DNA of 32,000 nt from Nitrososphaera viennensis EN76 (GTDB lineage Archaea; Thermoproteota; Nitrososphaeria; Nitrososphaerales; Nitrososphaeraceae), in NCBI RefSeq assembly GCF_000698785.1, contig NZ_CP007536.1:2430001-2462000 (forward strand), given 5' to 3'. Positions 1-7,599 of the stretch are shown one piece after another. Both the position numbers and the translations under genes were made by a program. Position 1 is the first letter of the stretch; the number at the start of each line of letters is the position of its first letter. The notes beneath the pieces were generated by a model, which saw only the letters and a program-made list of their open reading frames with translations, ran no database searches and was not told the DNA's origin.

Positions 1-228
1 GATTGCGGATGGTGCGGTGAGCGCCTCCACGAGGGTCACCGCTTTAGCGTATACTGTGAATATGACGAAAGCATGAAAGATTTTCACGCTAAACTCATTC
101 AGGCGAAAGACATACCAGTCGAGGCCGGCCTCGGCTTGCCCCGGGAAACTAAACTGATTGTTTTTAATTTTCACGGCCGCTGTGCAAACACAATGTACGG
201 CAGGCAGGTTGCGGCGTCTGAGAAGTAA
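1..228 (+). CDS. 3' end of a gene truncated by the window edge; Cys/His-rich C-terminal fragment, no family recognised
   Basis: Frame 1 is open from base 1 to TAA at 226-228 (75 codons). It is absent from the ORF track because no start lies in the window. It translates DCGWCGERLHEGHRFSVYCEY..., which has a zinc-ribbon-like C/H spacing. It converges on the 255-893 ORF. Confidence 0.3.
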   Translation, partial: DCGWCGERLHEGHRFSVYCEYDESMKDFHAKLIQAKDIPVEAGLGLPRETKLIVFNFHGRCANTMYGRQVAASEK

Positions 229-254
229 ACTCGTTTCGTTTAGTTTCAGTGCCT

Positions 255-893
255 CTAGTAAAACCACCGCGAAATAATATCGTCATCAGCACGTTGCCGT
301 CTATTTCCGCTGCTGTGACGGGCGTACGGGTCAAAATTCGATAAGTAGCTGGCGTACGGATTCTCGAAAACGACAGAATCAGGTTCCGGTTCTGCACCGC
401 GTTGCACTCGGTCGTATTGGACATCTGACTCGTAGCGCCTGCCAGTCGGCCTGCCGCTCCAGTCTAGACGAAAAGCAGGAGGGCTGAAGGCGGCAGCGAA
501 ATTTGCAATATTTTGCTGTTCGTAATAATCCGCGAAGTCTGACTCTGTTTCGGGAAGTTTAAACCGTTGCCGTCTCTCACGCCGTGACGATCTCCTGCCG
601 CCGCTCGTGTAATAATCGCCGGCCTCTTGGATTTCTTCTCTGACAGTGCTAGCTACCTCATATGCTGCCTCTTTTGCGCGCACAACCCTTTCACTTGGCT
701 CGTATCTTGCCGCCTTTTGAATCGCGCCTCGTACGCGCTCGCCGGCGTCGGCTAGTTTTTCCCGGCTCAAACTGCCTCTGACGGAGCCCTTGATTTTATC
801 AACATCAAAGCGGGTCTTTTTCTCGTTCAAGAACTTTCGTCGCCTCTCTTCGTCTCCAGTTCTTTCACGCTTTATGAAGTCGTCCTTCCTCAA
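255..893 (-). CDS. Hypothetical highly charged protein; probably the C-terminal continuation of the upstream 942-aa frame
   Basis: 212 codons with no ATG anywhere. The only candidate start is a TTG one codon after the upstream TAG, in the same frame. The sequence is Arg/Glu-rich and looks disordered. Confidence 0.5.
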   Translation of the reverse strand: MRKDDFIKRERTGDEERRRKFLNEKKTRFDVDKIKGSVRGSLSREKLADAGERVRGAIQKAARYEPSERVVRAKEAAYEVASTVREEIQEAGDYYTSGGRRSSRRERRQRFKLPETESDFADYYEQQNIANFAAAFSPPAFRLDWSGRPTGRRYESDVQYDRVQRGAEPEPDSVVFENPYASYLSNFDPYARHSSGNRRQRADDDIISRWFY

Positions 894-896
894 GTC

Positions 897-3695
897 CTAG
901 GATCGCCTCTTGCTCCTGCCCTTCTTAGCACCCGGCAAGAAAGCACGCACAAAGTCCCCGTAATCGTCGCGCCCGAATCCGGGCAACTTCTTTGCAGCCT
1001 TTTTGCCATATGCCAGTGTGAGCACGTCAGGTATCTGCCATTCCCGCTCGAAATAATCCGTCCGGTCCATTCTGGAACGTTGCGCATACTTGCCGGGTGT
1101 CTCGACAGTGGGCCAAAATGTAAAGTCCGGCGGTCTGACTATCCTCTCCGGTGTAGGTCTGTTTGGCACATCGAAACGTGGCACAAGCTGTTGCTGAAAT
1201 CTAAAGAGCGGTGTCTGCAATGTAGTTTGGAGATCTTGCTGCCTAATCAAAGTGCCCGTATCTCTACTCACGCCAAAGTTGAACGACTGCTTCAGAAATT
1301 TCTCTGAGACTTCTGTCGGCGTGCGGAGCTGGCCTAAACCTTGTTGGCTGATAATCAGCTCCAGGGTATTCTTGCGCAGGGCCCTATCGAGATCGCTTTC
1401 GCCAGTGAGAGCAATATTACCTATCAAAACTTGCACTGCGCGTTGCCGCTCCCTACCTTTCGTGTTTTGTACGGCAGTCAGCGCGTCAAGCATCCTTTCT
1501 GACGCTTTTCTAGCCTCTCCTCCCACTTGCCCCGGCCTCTCAACGAGTTTTGCAAGTGAATCTTGTACGCGGTTGTTGAAAATCTGATCCATGGTTGGCG
1601 GGCCCCGGCCTCCTGCTTCAGGTCTGACATCGAACGTCAGGCCAAACTGCTGCTCTGTTGCTGTTTCAGCGGCAGCATAGCCAAAACCGCCAAAGGTGTT
1701 AGAAGCTGCCATTGCAGCGCCTCCAAGGAATGTGCCGGCGCTTTTTGCTGCTTGCTTTTCGCGGTCTATGATCTTACGTACAGAGTCAAGCGTCTTTGTA
1801 GCTGTTGGGCCTGCTCCTCCACCTACACCTCCGGATGCGCCGGGCCTAAAGCCAACTTGCTCACCGGTTCCAAGAAATTCTTTGATTCCCTTTTCGGTGG
1901 AAAGCGCCTCTTGAATCTCTTTTACAGTCCAGCCCTCACTTGAGGAAACTCCCTTTTCTACCACCTGGACCTTTACATTCACATCTCCGCGCCCGGGAAT
2001 TGCCTCAAATCTTTCGTAGTACTCGCCGCCAAACTCTTGAATCGGTGAATCAGCAGGTAATTTTTTGGGCAGCTTGCTGACATCGATCACCTGTTCACTG
2101 CCGCGCTCTCCGATTGTGACGGCTGGTCGGGTATACACTGTTAGCCTTGAGGGAGGCTGGAGCAGTTCCTTTTGTGATGTCACAAGCTGACGCGTGAAAA
2201 ACGATACTCCCGGCTGACCTTCGACCTTTGCATAGCGCCCGACAGCGTACCTGTATGGATCGCTCTCGGTACCGATGTTCACCAAGTCTTTTTCGACTTT
2301 TACAATGTTCCCCAACGGTGATAGAGATTTTTGCACGTCTGCAGCAGTCTTGGCCGCCTGAACCGCTCTCGCTCCCTTCGTCGCCACTCCCGGCCCGAAA
2401 AACGTCAGAGCCTCAAAGCCAATGTTTCCTAGTCCGTACCAGGGGTTTTTGAGTATGTTCTCGCCGACTTTTTGCAGCTCTCCTGCTTGTACGTCTGTTT
2501 TTCCGGTCGTTGCGAGCTGAAACGCTGCCGTCATGCCAAGCCCGGACAGGTCGCTCCCGATGCCCGCCTGCAACTGTGGCGGCCTTGGTAAGTTCGAGGA
2601 GATCTCGCGTCCTTCTGAATCGAGCGTTCTACGTGGCACTTTTCTCTCAGACAAGATTGCACCCACGCCGGTCAGGCCGTAGCTCAAGTTGGCGACAAGG
2701 TTTTCTGCTTCTGCTCTGGCGCCCTTTGCAGCATCTATCGCCGGCCCAAAAAAGCCGGGAGTCGGATTGTCAACGTCTCTCACAAGCGACTGCCGCGCCG
2801 TCAGGTCGTCGAGGTCGCGCTTTTGCACCTTGAAGGGATTGGTCGGATCTGGCCTGACGTACTCGTACTGGTGCTGGCCGGCGATAGGCACGTACTCGGC
2901 CTGATTCAGCAACCTGCCGTCGGACGACCTTGACCATTTGACTGAATAGCCAAGTTCCCTGGCCTCTCCTTCCATCCTGCGCTTGTCTGCAGCGTACGCT
3001 GCGATCCCCTGTCTGCGCGCGGCCTCGTTTGCTGACTGCTGTTTAGCAATGAAGTCGAAAGGATTCATCACCCGCTCGCCCGTCACGGGGTTGACGTAGA
3101 TTTGTCTAGGGTTGCGCGCAGCATAGTCTGCAAACTGTTCACGCGCTTCTCTCGCTGACAGCGAGCCGAATTTTTGTAGTTCATCTTGTGGATTCCTACC
3201 TGCCTTCAAATTGACAGGTCTTCCAGTTGCAAGGGCTTGCTGTTGTGCCGCGAGGTTCGCTTGCTGGAAGACCGAGTATGCATCTGCCACGCGCTGTCTT
3301 TCCGTAGCCGCTTTTTCCGCCTGAGCCGCAGTCTCTCGTGCCGCCCTCTGTTGTACCCTGCGCTGCTCCTCCTGAGCGCTCTGCTGAGCCTGCTTGGACT
3401 GCACTTCATCTGCGAGCTTACTCAGTGGATTGTTGTTTGCACCACTACTGCTACCACCACCTGAGCCGCCTCCTCCTCTGCCTATGCTTCCAATTGGAGG
3501 AGGGGTGGAACCGGCAGGAGGAGCAGCGGGCGCTCCTGTCGGAGAAGAACTAAAAGAGACGTTGCCAGATACATCCTTGCTGGAAGTAAGCTGCTGTTGC
3601 TGTCCCGTCTGAATGGCCTGCTGCTGGGCCGCGAGGTTAGCCTGTTGGAATTGCGCATAACGTTCCGCGAGGGTAGACATTAACTGACTTGTCAT
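897..3695 (-). CDS. Large low-complexity (Q/A/G-rich) hypothetical protein of the integrated element, possibly structural
   Basis: An ORF of 2.8 kb. The track start at 3725 is TTG; ATG codons lie at 3695 and 3680. It has a poly-Gly/Ser tract, a duplicated FQQANLAAQQQA motif and a coiled-coil-like Q/E/R segment. No catalytic motif was recognised. Confidence 0.7.
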   Translation of the reverse strand: MTSQLMSTLAERYAQFQQANLAAQQQAIQTGQQQQLTSSKDVSGNVSFSSSPTGAPAAPPAGSTPPPIGSIGRGGGGSGGGSSSGANNNPLSKLADEVQSKQAQQSAQEEQRRVQQRAARETAAQAEKAATERQRVADAYSVFQQANLAAQQQALATGRPVNLKAGRNPQDELQKFGSLSAREAREQFADYAARNPRQIYVNPVTGERVMNPFDFIAKQQSANEAARRQGIAAYAADKRRMEGEARELGYSVKWSRSSDGRLLNQAEYVPIAGQHQYEYVRPDPTNPFKVQKRDLDDLTARQSLVRDVDNPTPGFFGPAIDAAKGARAEAENLVANLSYGLTGVGAILSERKVPRRTLDSEGREISSNLPRPPQLQAGIGSDLSGLGMTAAFQLATTGKTDVQAGELQKVGENILKNPWYGLGNIGFEALTFFGPGVATKGARAVQAAKTAADVQKSLSPLGNIVKVEKDLVNIGTESDPYRYAVGRYAKVEGQPGVSFFTRQLVTSQKELLQPPSRLTVYTRPAVTIGERGSEQVIDVSKLPKKLPADSPIQEFGGEYYERFEAIPGRGDVNVKVQVVEKGVSSSEGWTVKEIQEALSTEKGIKEFLGTGEQVGFRPGASGGVGGGAGPTATKTLDSVRKIIDREKQAAKSAGTFLGGAAMAASNTFGGFGYAAAETATEQQFGLTFDVRPEAGGRGPPTMDQIFNNRVQDSLAKLVERPGQVGGEARKASERMLDALTAVQNTKGRERQRAVQVLIGNIALTGESDLDRALRKNTLELIISQQGLGQLRTPTEVSEKFLKQSFNFGVSRDTGTLIRQQDLQTTLQTPLFRFQQQLVPRFDVPNRPTPERIVRPPDFTFWPTVETPGKYAQRSRMDRTDYFEREWQIPDVLTLAYGKKAAKKLPGFGRDDYGDFVRAFLPGAKKGRSKRRS

Positions 3696-3708
3696 AAGTG
3701 ATAGATTG

Positions 3709-3716
3709 CTATAAAG
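3709..3716 (-). promoter_or_regulatory. TATA-like box (CTTTATAG on the minus strand) upstream of the large ORF
   Basis: The minus strand reads ...ATCTTTATAGCAATCTATCACTTATG. The spacing implies a leaderless or very short-leader transcript starting near ATG 3695 or 3680. Confidence 0.3.
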
Positions 3717-4055
3717 ATGATGCAAGCACTTCTTTATCCAAGGAGGGGTTTAACCGCCGCCCTTTAGGCGCGGAGAGTGTGCGCCTGTTGCGCTTTTTCT
3801 TCTTCAAAATATATTAATATATGTACATTATTAAGGGCCGGAAATTTGTGCTCAAAGATGCCCGTCTTCGACAAAATCAAGAAATTCGATGTACTTTAAA
3901 CAATAGAGAATCTACAACTTTTCTCTTATAGCCTAACAGATTACGCAAAACAAAAAACCTAAAGATGTGCGTTGTATGGCGTACAGCTTGTTTGTCCAAC
4001 AACCTGTACGGAAATTCCCCACACAAGTCCTGAAGGGGCGTTTATGGGAGGTCGA

Positions 4056-4072
4056 GGTACCCTAGGGGTACC
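4056..4072. repeat. Perfect inverted repeat GGTACCC-TAG-GGGTACC
   Basis: Read directly from the sequence: 7-bp arms with a 3-nt spacer, 12 bp upstream of ATG 4084. It is a possible operator or hairpin. Confidence 0.5.
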
Positions 4073-4083
4073 CACTGACGTAT

Positions 4084-4551
4084 ATGCCCTCTGTACCAGA
4101 TCTGCAGAGTCTGACAAAGGCTATTAGTGATCGTGCAGATGTCATTGAATCATGGGCTATTATGGAGGGTTGGGAGATGTCTTTTCAAGCGAGTACCCTA
4201 TCCGCAGGAAAAAGTGCAGGAGTTGCGGCCATGCTCATGGCAAAGAAAAATGCCAAGTTTGTGGATGCGAAAACACCAAATAGGAAAGTAGATTCCAGTC
4301 AGGGTCTCTGGCCACCCGGCAGGATCACCAACTTTCAAGCTGAAAATGAGAACAAGGCATGTTTAACTATAAGATTTCTCCATGCACCATATCCGTATGC
4401 TGTGGTACGAGTTTCTGATTCAAGCAAAGAAAGACATGCAGAGGGCGCGCTCCTTGCATCGGGAAGAAGATTATGGGTTCGCTGCCTACTCTTGTCAGCA
4501 AGGACTGGAGAAGTACCTGAAAGCCTTTCTACTAAAGAACTCCGCCATTGA
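4084..4551 (+). CDS. Hypothetical ORF upstream of and overlapping the HEPN gene; coding status uncertain
   Basis: ATG start, 155 codons. The last ~170 nt overlap the HEPN frame. No motif was recognised, and in particular no GSxxxxD/DxD nucleotidyltransferase signature. Confidence 0.3.
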   Translation: MPSVPDLQSLTKAISDRADVIESWAIMEGWEMSFQASTLSAGKSAGVAAMLMAKKNAKFVDAKTPNRKVDSSQGLWPPGRITNFQAENENKACLTIRFLHAPYPYAVVRVSDSSKERHAEGALLASGRRLWVRCLLLSARTGEVPESLSTKELRH

Positions 4552-5344
4552 CAGGCCTGCCGATATAAGCCATGCAGATATGATTAAGCTGTTCAATATT
4601 ATCAATAAGAAAACCAAAGCCTTCGTGGATAGTCATGGATCAGCCCAGATCGTTCCCGACGCTGATTTGCAGGATGCCAAGAAGAATCTAAATGATCTAT
4701 TGGAGACCGTGCAGCCGAACCCAAGGATTAGCGAGACGGACAGGTTGATGACCAAAACCCAGCTTTGGAAGTTTTCTCTGCAATTACCCGTTGACAAGGC
4801 ATACGAGTCGCGATTTGAGCTTAGGAAAGAATTGTTGAGAGAGAGCCTCAAGCCTGTCGGTGAAGGATTCCGGAAATACTATGAGAAGGAAATCGTCCCA
4901 ATGCTAGCCAAGATTCCAATCGATCAAAAACGGCTAGCTGCACAGAAATATGCTTCTGAAGGTGGTCATTTTAGTGACTTCATGGCACAAGTGACAGAGG
5001 GCGATATTCCCACATTGAATGTCGGCGATTTTAATCTGTGCATGATTGCGCTTCTGACATACATGGGGGAAGCACTGAGGAGAAACAATTACCACAGGTC
5101 AGCGGATCTCTGGCTGGAAAGAAAGAAAATCTTTCTGCTAGTGTATCCGTACAACTTTTACACATCAATTATGAAAACCTATCCGCATGAAGATTTTGGT
5201 CGTTATCCTACTATGATAGATGGAAGGAGTTCTTTGGACTTGTACCCTCTATACGCTGAAAATCTATCAAAGCTTATCAGCGAAGTTGAGAATGATTGTG
5301 CCAAGGTTGAAAATGCCATTTATGGCAAATGGGACAAGGCTTGA
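4382..5344 (+). CDS. HEPN-domain protein with a large insertion or extension
   Basis: The N-terminus AKKDMQRARSLHREEDYGFAAYSCQQGLEKYLKAFLLKN matches the first two helices of classical HEPN domains. It also has RPADISH (R-x5-H) and a C-terminal GRYP...LY...L helix resembling the terminal HEPN helix. An in-frame TAA lies directly upstream of ATG 4382. Confidence 0.6.
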   Translation: MHHIRMLWYEFLIQAKKDMQRARSLHREEDYGFAAYSCQQGLEKYLKAFLLKNSAIDRPADISHADMIKLFNIINKKTKAFVDSHGSAQIVPDADLQDAKKNLNDLLETVQPNPRISETDRLMTKTQLWKFSLQLPVDKAYESRFELRKELLRESLKPVGEGFRKYYEKEIVPMLAKIPIDQKRLAAQKYASEGGHFSDFMAQVTEGDIPTLNVGDFNLCMIALLTYMGEALRRNNYHRSADLWLERKKIFLLVYPYNFYTSIMKTYPHEDFGRYPTMIDGRSSLDLYPLYAENLSKLISEVENDCAKVENAIYGKWDKA

Positions 5345-5402
5345 AACCAGCCAAAGAAAAGGATCTTCTATCAATTACTGAACTAACCAAATCGTATCAC
5401 AG

Positions 5403-6020
5403 CTAAAATGGCAATTTTGTTTGGGTTCTATCTTTCCAGCTAGCCTCTTTTAGATTAAGCATCCTGAGAGTGTCGGCAGCCGTTCCCGGCCCAAAGCCTG
5501 CATAGTGATTATTAGCAGGAACGATGGCGAGTGGTACGTCTGTTTTCTTGAGAATCTCAGTCCAGTATTTTATCTCGTTTAGCCTGTTGCGCTGAATCCT
5601 GCCAAAGTCTTTCTCATCGATGCTCCTGTCACCAATAAAGCGGATGCAAACAAAGTCAGTGGTAACTACAGGTGGCGCCTGTATAACATCAAGCTGATTC
5701 CAGAATTTGGATGATCTTGAATACCAGTGTACTCATTGCACTGGTGTTGGGTGCATCACCAGCCTAATAAACTCTGATAGCTATCCCATAAGCGAGCATG
5801 AGAAGCTCGATGACAAGAAATTCAAAACTCAAAATTTTGGTAGTGTGCATTATCTGGACTTGCTTGGCGGCCTTATTCTACTCTGGTACAATTGAGTTGA
5901 ACCTTGTGGGTCATGTTGAGATGTCTTTGATAATATCTTTTGCGATTCTGTTGCTTTCCTTGCACTTGTTTTCCCTCCTGAAAACTGCCACACTGCGTCA
6001 TCTCCAATTGTGATCTTACA
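5403..6020 (-). pseudogene. Decayed DUF72-family gene (frameshifts and stops); only the C-terminal third is intact
   Basis: My manual minus-strand translation of 5732-5403 gives ...DFVCIRFIGDRSIDEKDFGRIQRNRLNEIKYWTEILKKTDVPLAIVPANNHYAGFGPGTAADTLRMLNL*. This looks like a DUF72 C-terminus (RxxG, NNHyaGf). The fragment has no start codon. Upstream frames (ITIGDDAVWQF..., 6015-5850) are interrupted by TAA/TGA/TAG. Confidence 0.45.
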
Positions 6021-6078
6021 GTGAGATACATTTGGAAACATCTCTCGTAGTAGTTGAAGGTTTTTGAAATATCGCAGC

Positions 6079-6267
6079 CTACTTCTCATCAGGTTCAAAG
6101 CATTTTTTGCAGTGTGGGCAGCTAAACGTCTTGCTTTGCTTTTCCTGTCGTGGAAGAATGGGAGGCCCGAATAGCGATTCCACATCCTGAGCGTATGACG
6201 AGGCAGGCGCTTCCAGCGCTTCTTGCACTCTTGCAAAGACTTCCATTGCACTCTCATCTTTTATCAT
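6079..6267 (-). CDS. Possible small acidic protein with a C-terminal CPHCKKC motif
   Basis: An internal ATG of the 120-aa track ORF gives MIKDESAMEVFARVQEALE...FSCPHCKKCFEPDEK. It is divergent from the ParB-like gene. No family was recognised. Confidence 0.25.
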   Translation of the reverse strand: MIKDESAMEVFARVQEALEAPASSYAQDVESLFGPPILPRQEKQSKTFSCPHCKKCFEPDEK

Positions 6268-6381
6268 CCTCGTACTTGAGGTCGGAGACAAATGCAGCGA
6301 TAGCTGCGACGAACTGGAATAAATACATGCTTCACTTATGACAAGTCTTAATACCGCGCTCTGCCTATCTTCTTTAGATTG

Positions 6382-7599
6382 ATGCATCAACAGAACGAGC
6401 ATCAAGGTCAGGTGTTGTATGTCTCTGTAGATTCTATTCAAGCGCCATCCTTTGAGCTACGTACGGAGCCTGAGCACGCAGATGATCCTGACTTTGAACA
6501 CCTGCGCAATTCCATACGAGAAACAGGTGTGATCGAGCCTCTTGTTGTCAGACCGGCTGAAAATGGCAAGTACGAGCTCATCGCCGGTGGTCGCCGTCTA
6601 AGAGCGGCCATGCTTGCCGGCCTGAAAGAGGTTCCTGCCATTATCAAGCCTGCCCTAAGCGACATTGACGCCAAGGTCCTTGCAATTGCAGAAAATTTGC
6701 ATCGAAAAGATCTAAGCCCTATCGAAAAGAGCCGGGCCCTGATTGCTTTATACGAATCGGCAGGCTATTCTTCAGAATTGGCTGCAAAGTACCTCATGAG
6801 ACTGGATGAAGATAACCACCGCGGCGAGGCGAAAAGGTCAGACGCGATGGTTGTGCCGGAGCACTTCAAAGGAATCGCAAAAAAGTTGGGTCTGGCTGCT
6901 AACCGGCAGTGGCAACTTCTCAAATACCGACATCTTGATGAAGGGGTACTAAACTATGCTCACGAAAAGGGCCTAAATGGCAATAAAATATTGCTGCTCA
7001 CCCAGAAGGGCATAGCCGAGCGAGGAGTTGCCACCCACAAACGCATAATTGATCGAATTTCAGACATGAGCGAATGGGAAGCGCGAGAATACATACACAC
7101 GTGCACTGTATACGCTAACAGCATGAGAGAGCGTTGGGCGAAAGAGAAAGAGCGAAAAGAAGAGGCTAGCGGAGGGCCTGCTTCGACGACTGCCAATATT
7201 GAGGAATATGTCGAAGTTGGGCCTGATACTGTTGTCGATAGGTCGATGGAGAGCGCCATGGAGCAAGATGAGCAGGAAGAAGAGAGTGCAAAGCTTTCGC
7301 GTTCTGAAAAACGCTATGCGAGGCTCGTTCGCGACAAAGATTCAAGGAAGCCACAAGAATCCCTTGCGTACCTTTCTGTGAATGAACTGTGTCTGCCTGT
7401 TGCGTACCTGCGTCGATTACAAAAGCAAGCGAAAGCGCAAAATATCGAACTTGGCGCGTACCTGACGTACATCTTGTTTTATAAAGTTGAAAGAAGTGGT
7501 CTAACGACTCTTGTGCTCTCTCGCAATGAGAAAGCGTGGTTCATGTCAAAGAACAAGGGCTGCGCGACTGTCAAAACAGAAAAAGAGAAAGAAGGCTAG
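6382..7599 (+). CDS. ParB/Srx-fold N-terminal domain protein (ParB-like, GGRR arginine patch) with a long acidic/helical C-terminal region
   Basis: The segment VIEPLVVRP..GKYELIAGGRRLRAAMLAGLKEVPAIIK...AIAENLHRKDLSPIEKSRAL matches ParB box I/II. ATG lies at 6382; the track start 6379 is TTG. Confidence 0.85.
   Translation: MHQQNEHQGQVLYVSVDSIQAPSFELRTEPEHADDPDFEHLRNSIRETGVIEPLVVRPAENGKYELIAGGRRLRAAMLAGLKEVPAIIKPALSDIDAKVLAIAENLHRKDLSPIEKSRALIALYESAGYSSELAAKYLMRLDEDNHRGEAKRSDAMVVPEHFKGIAKKLGLAANRQWQLLKYRHLDEGVLNYAHEKGLNGNKILLLTQKGIAERGVATHKRIIDRISDMSEWEAREYIHTCTVYANSMRERWAKEKERKEEASGGPASTTANIEEYVEVGPDTVVDRSMESAMEQDEQEEESAKLSRSEKRYARLVRDKDSRKPQESLAYLSVNELCLPVAYLRRLQKQAKAQNIELGAYLTYILFYKVERSGLTTLVLSRNEKAWFMSKNKGCATVKTEKEKEG

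Noticed and set aside
897-899. The in-frame TAG read as pyrrolysine
   Set aside because: No Pyl machinery is evident in the window, and other genes here terminate normally at TAG (for example the ParB-like, integrase and ndk genes). Nonsense mutation, read-through or coupled restart are more parsimonious.
1080-3612. Many plus-strand ORFs (60-126 aa) opposite the 942-aa ORF
   Set aside because: They lie within one uninterrupted 2.8-kb minus-strand frame. They are short, Cys/Ser/Leu-rich and mutually overlapping.
5850-6441. 135-aa and 120-aa minus-strand ORFs taken as intact genes
   Set aside because: They overlap each other in different frames. The 135-aa frame is highly basic and merges into the degraded DUF72 N-terminal remnant. 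Only the C-terminal 62 codons of the 120-aa frame were kept, as a low-confidence small ORF.
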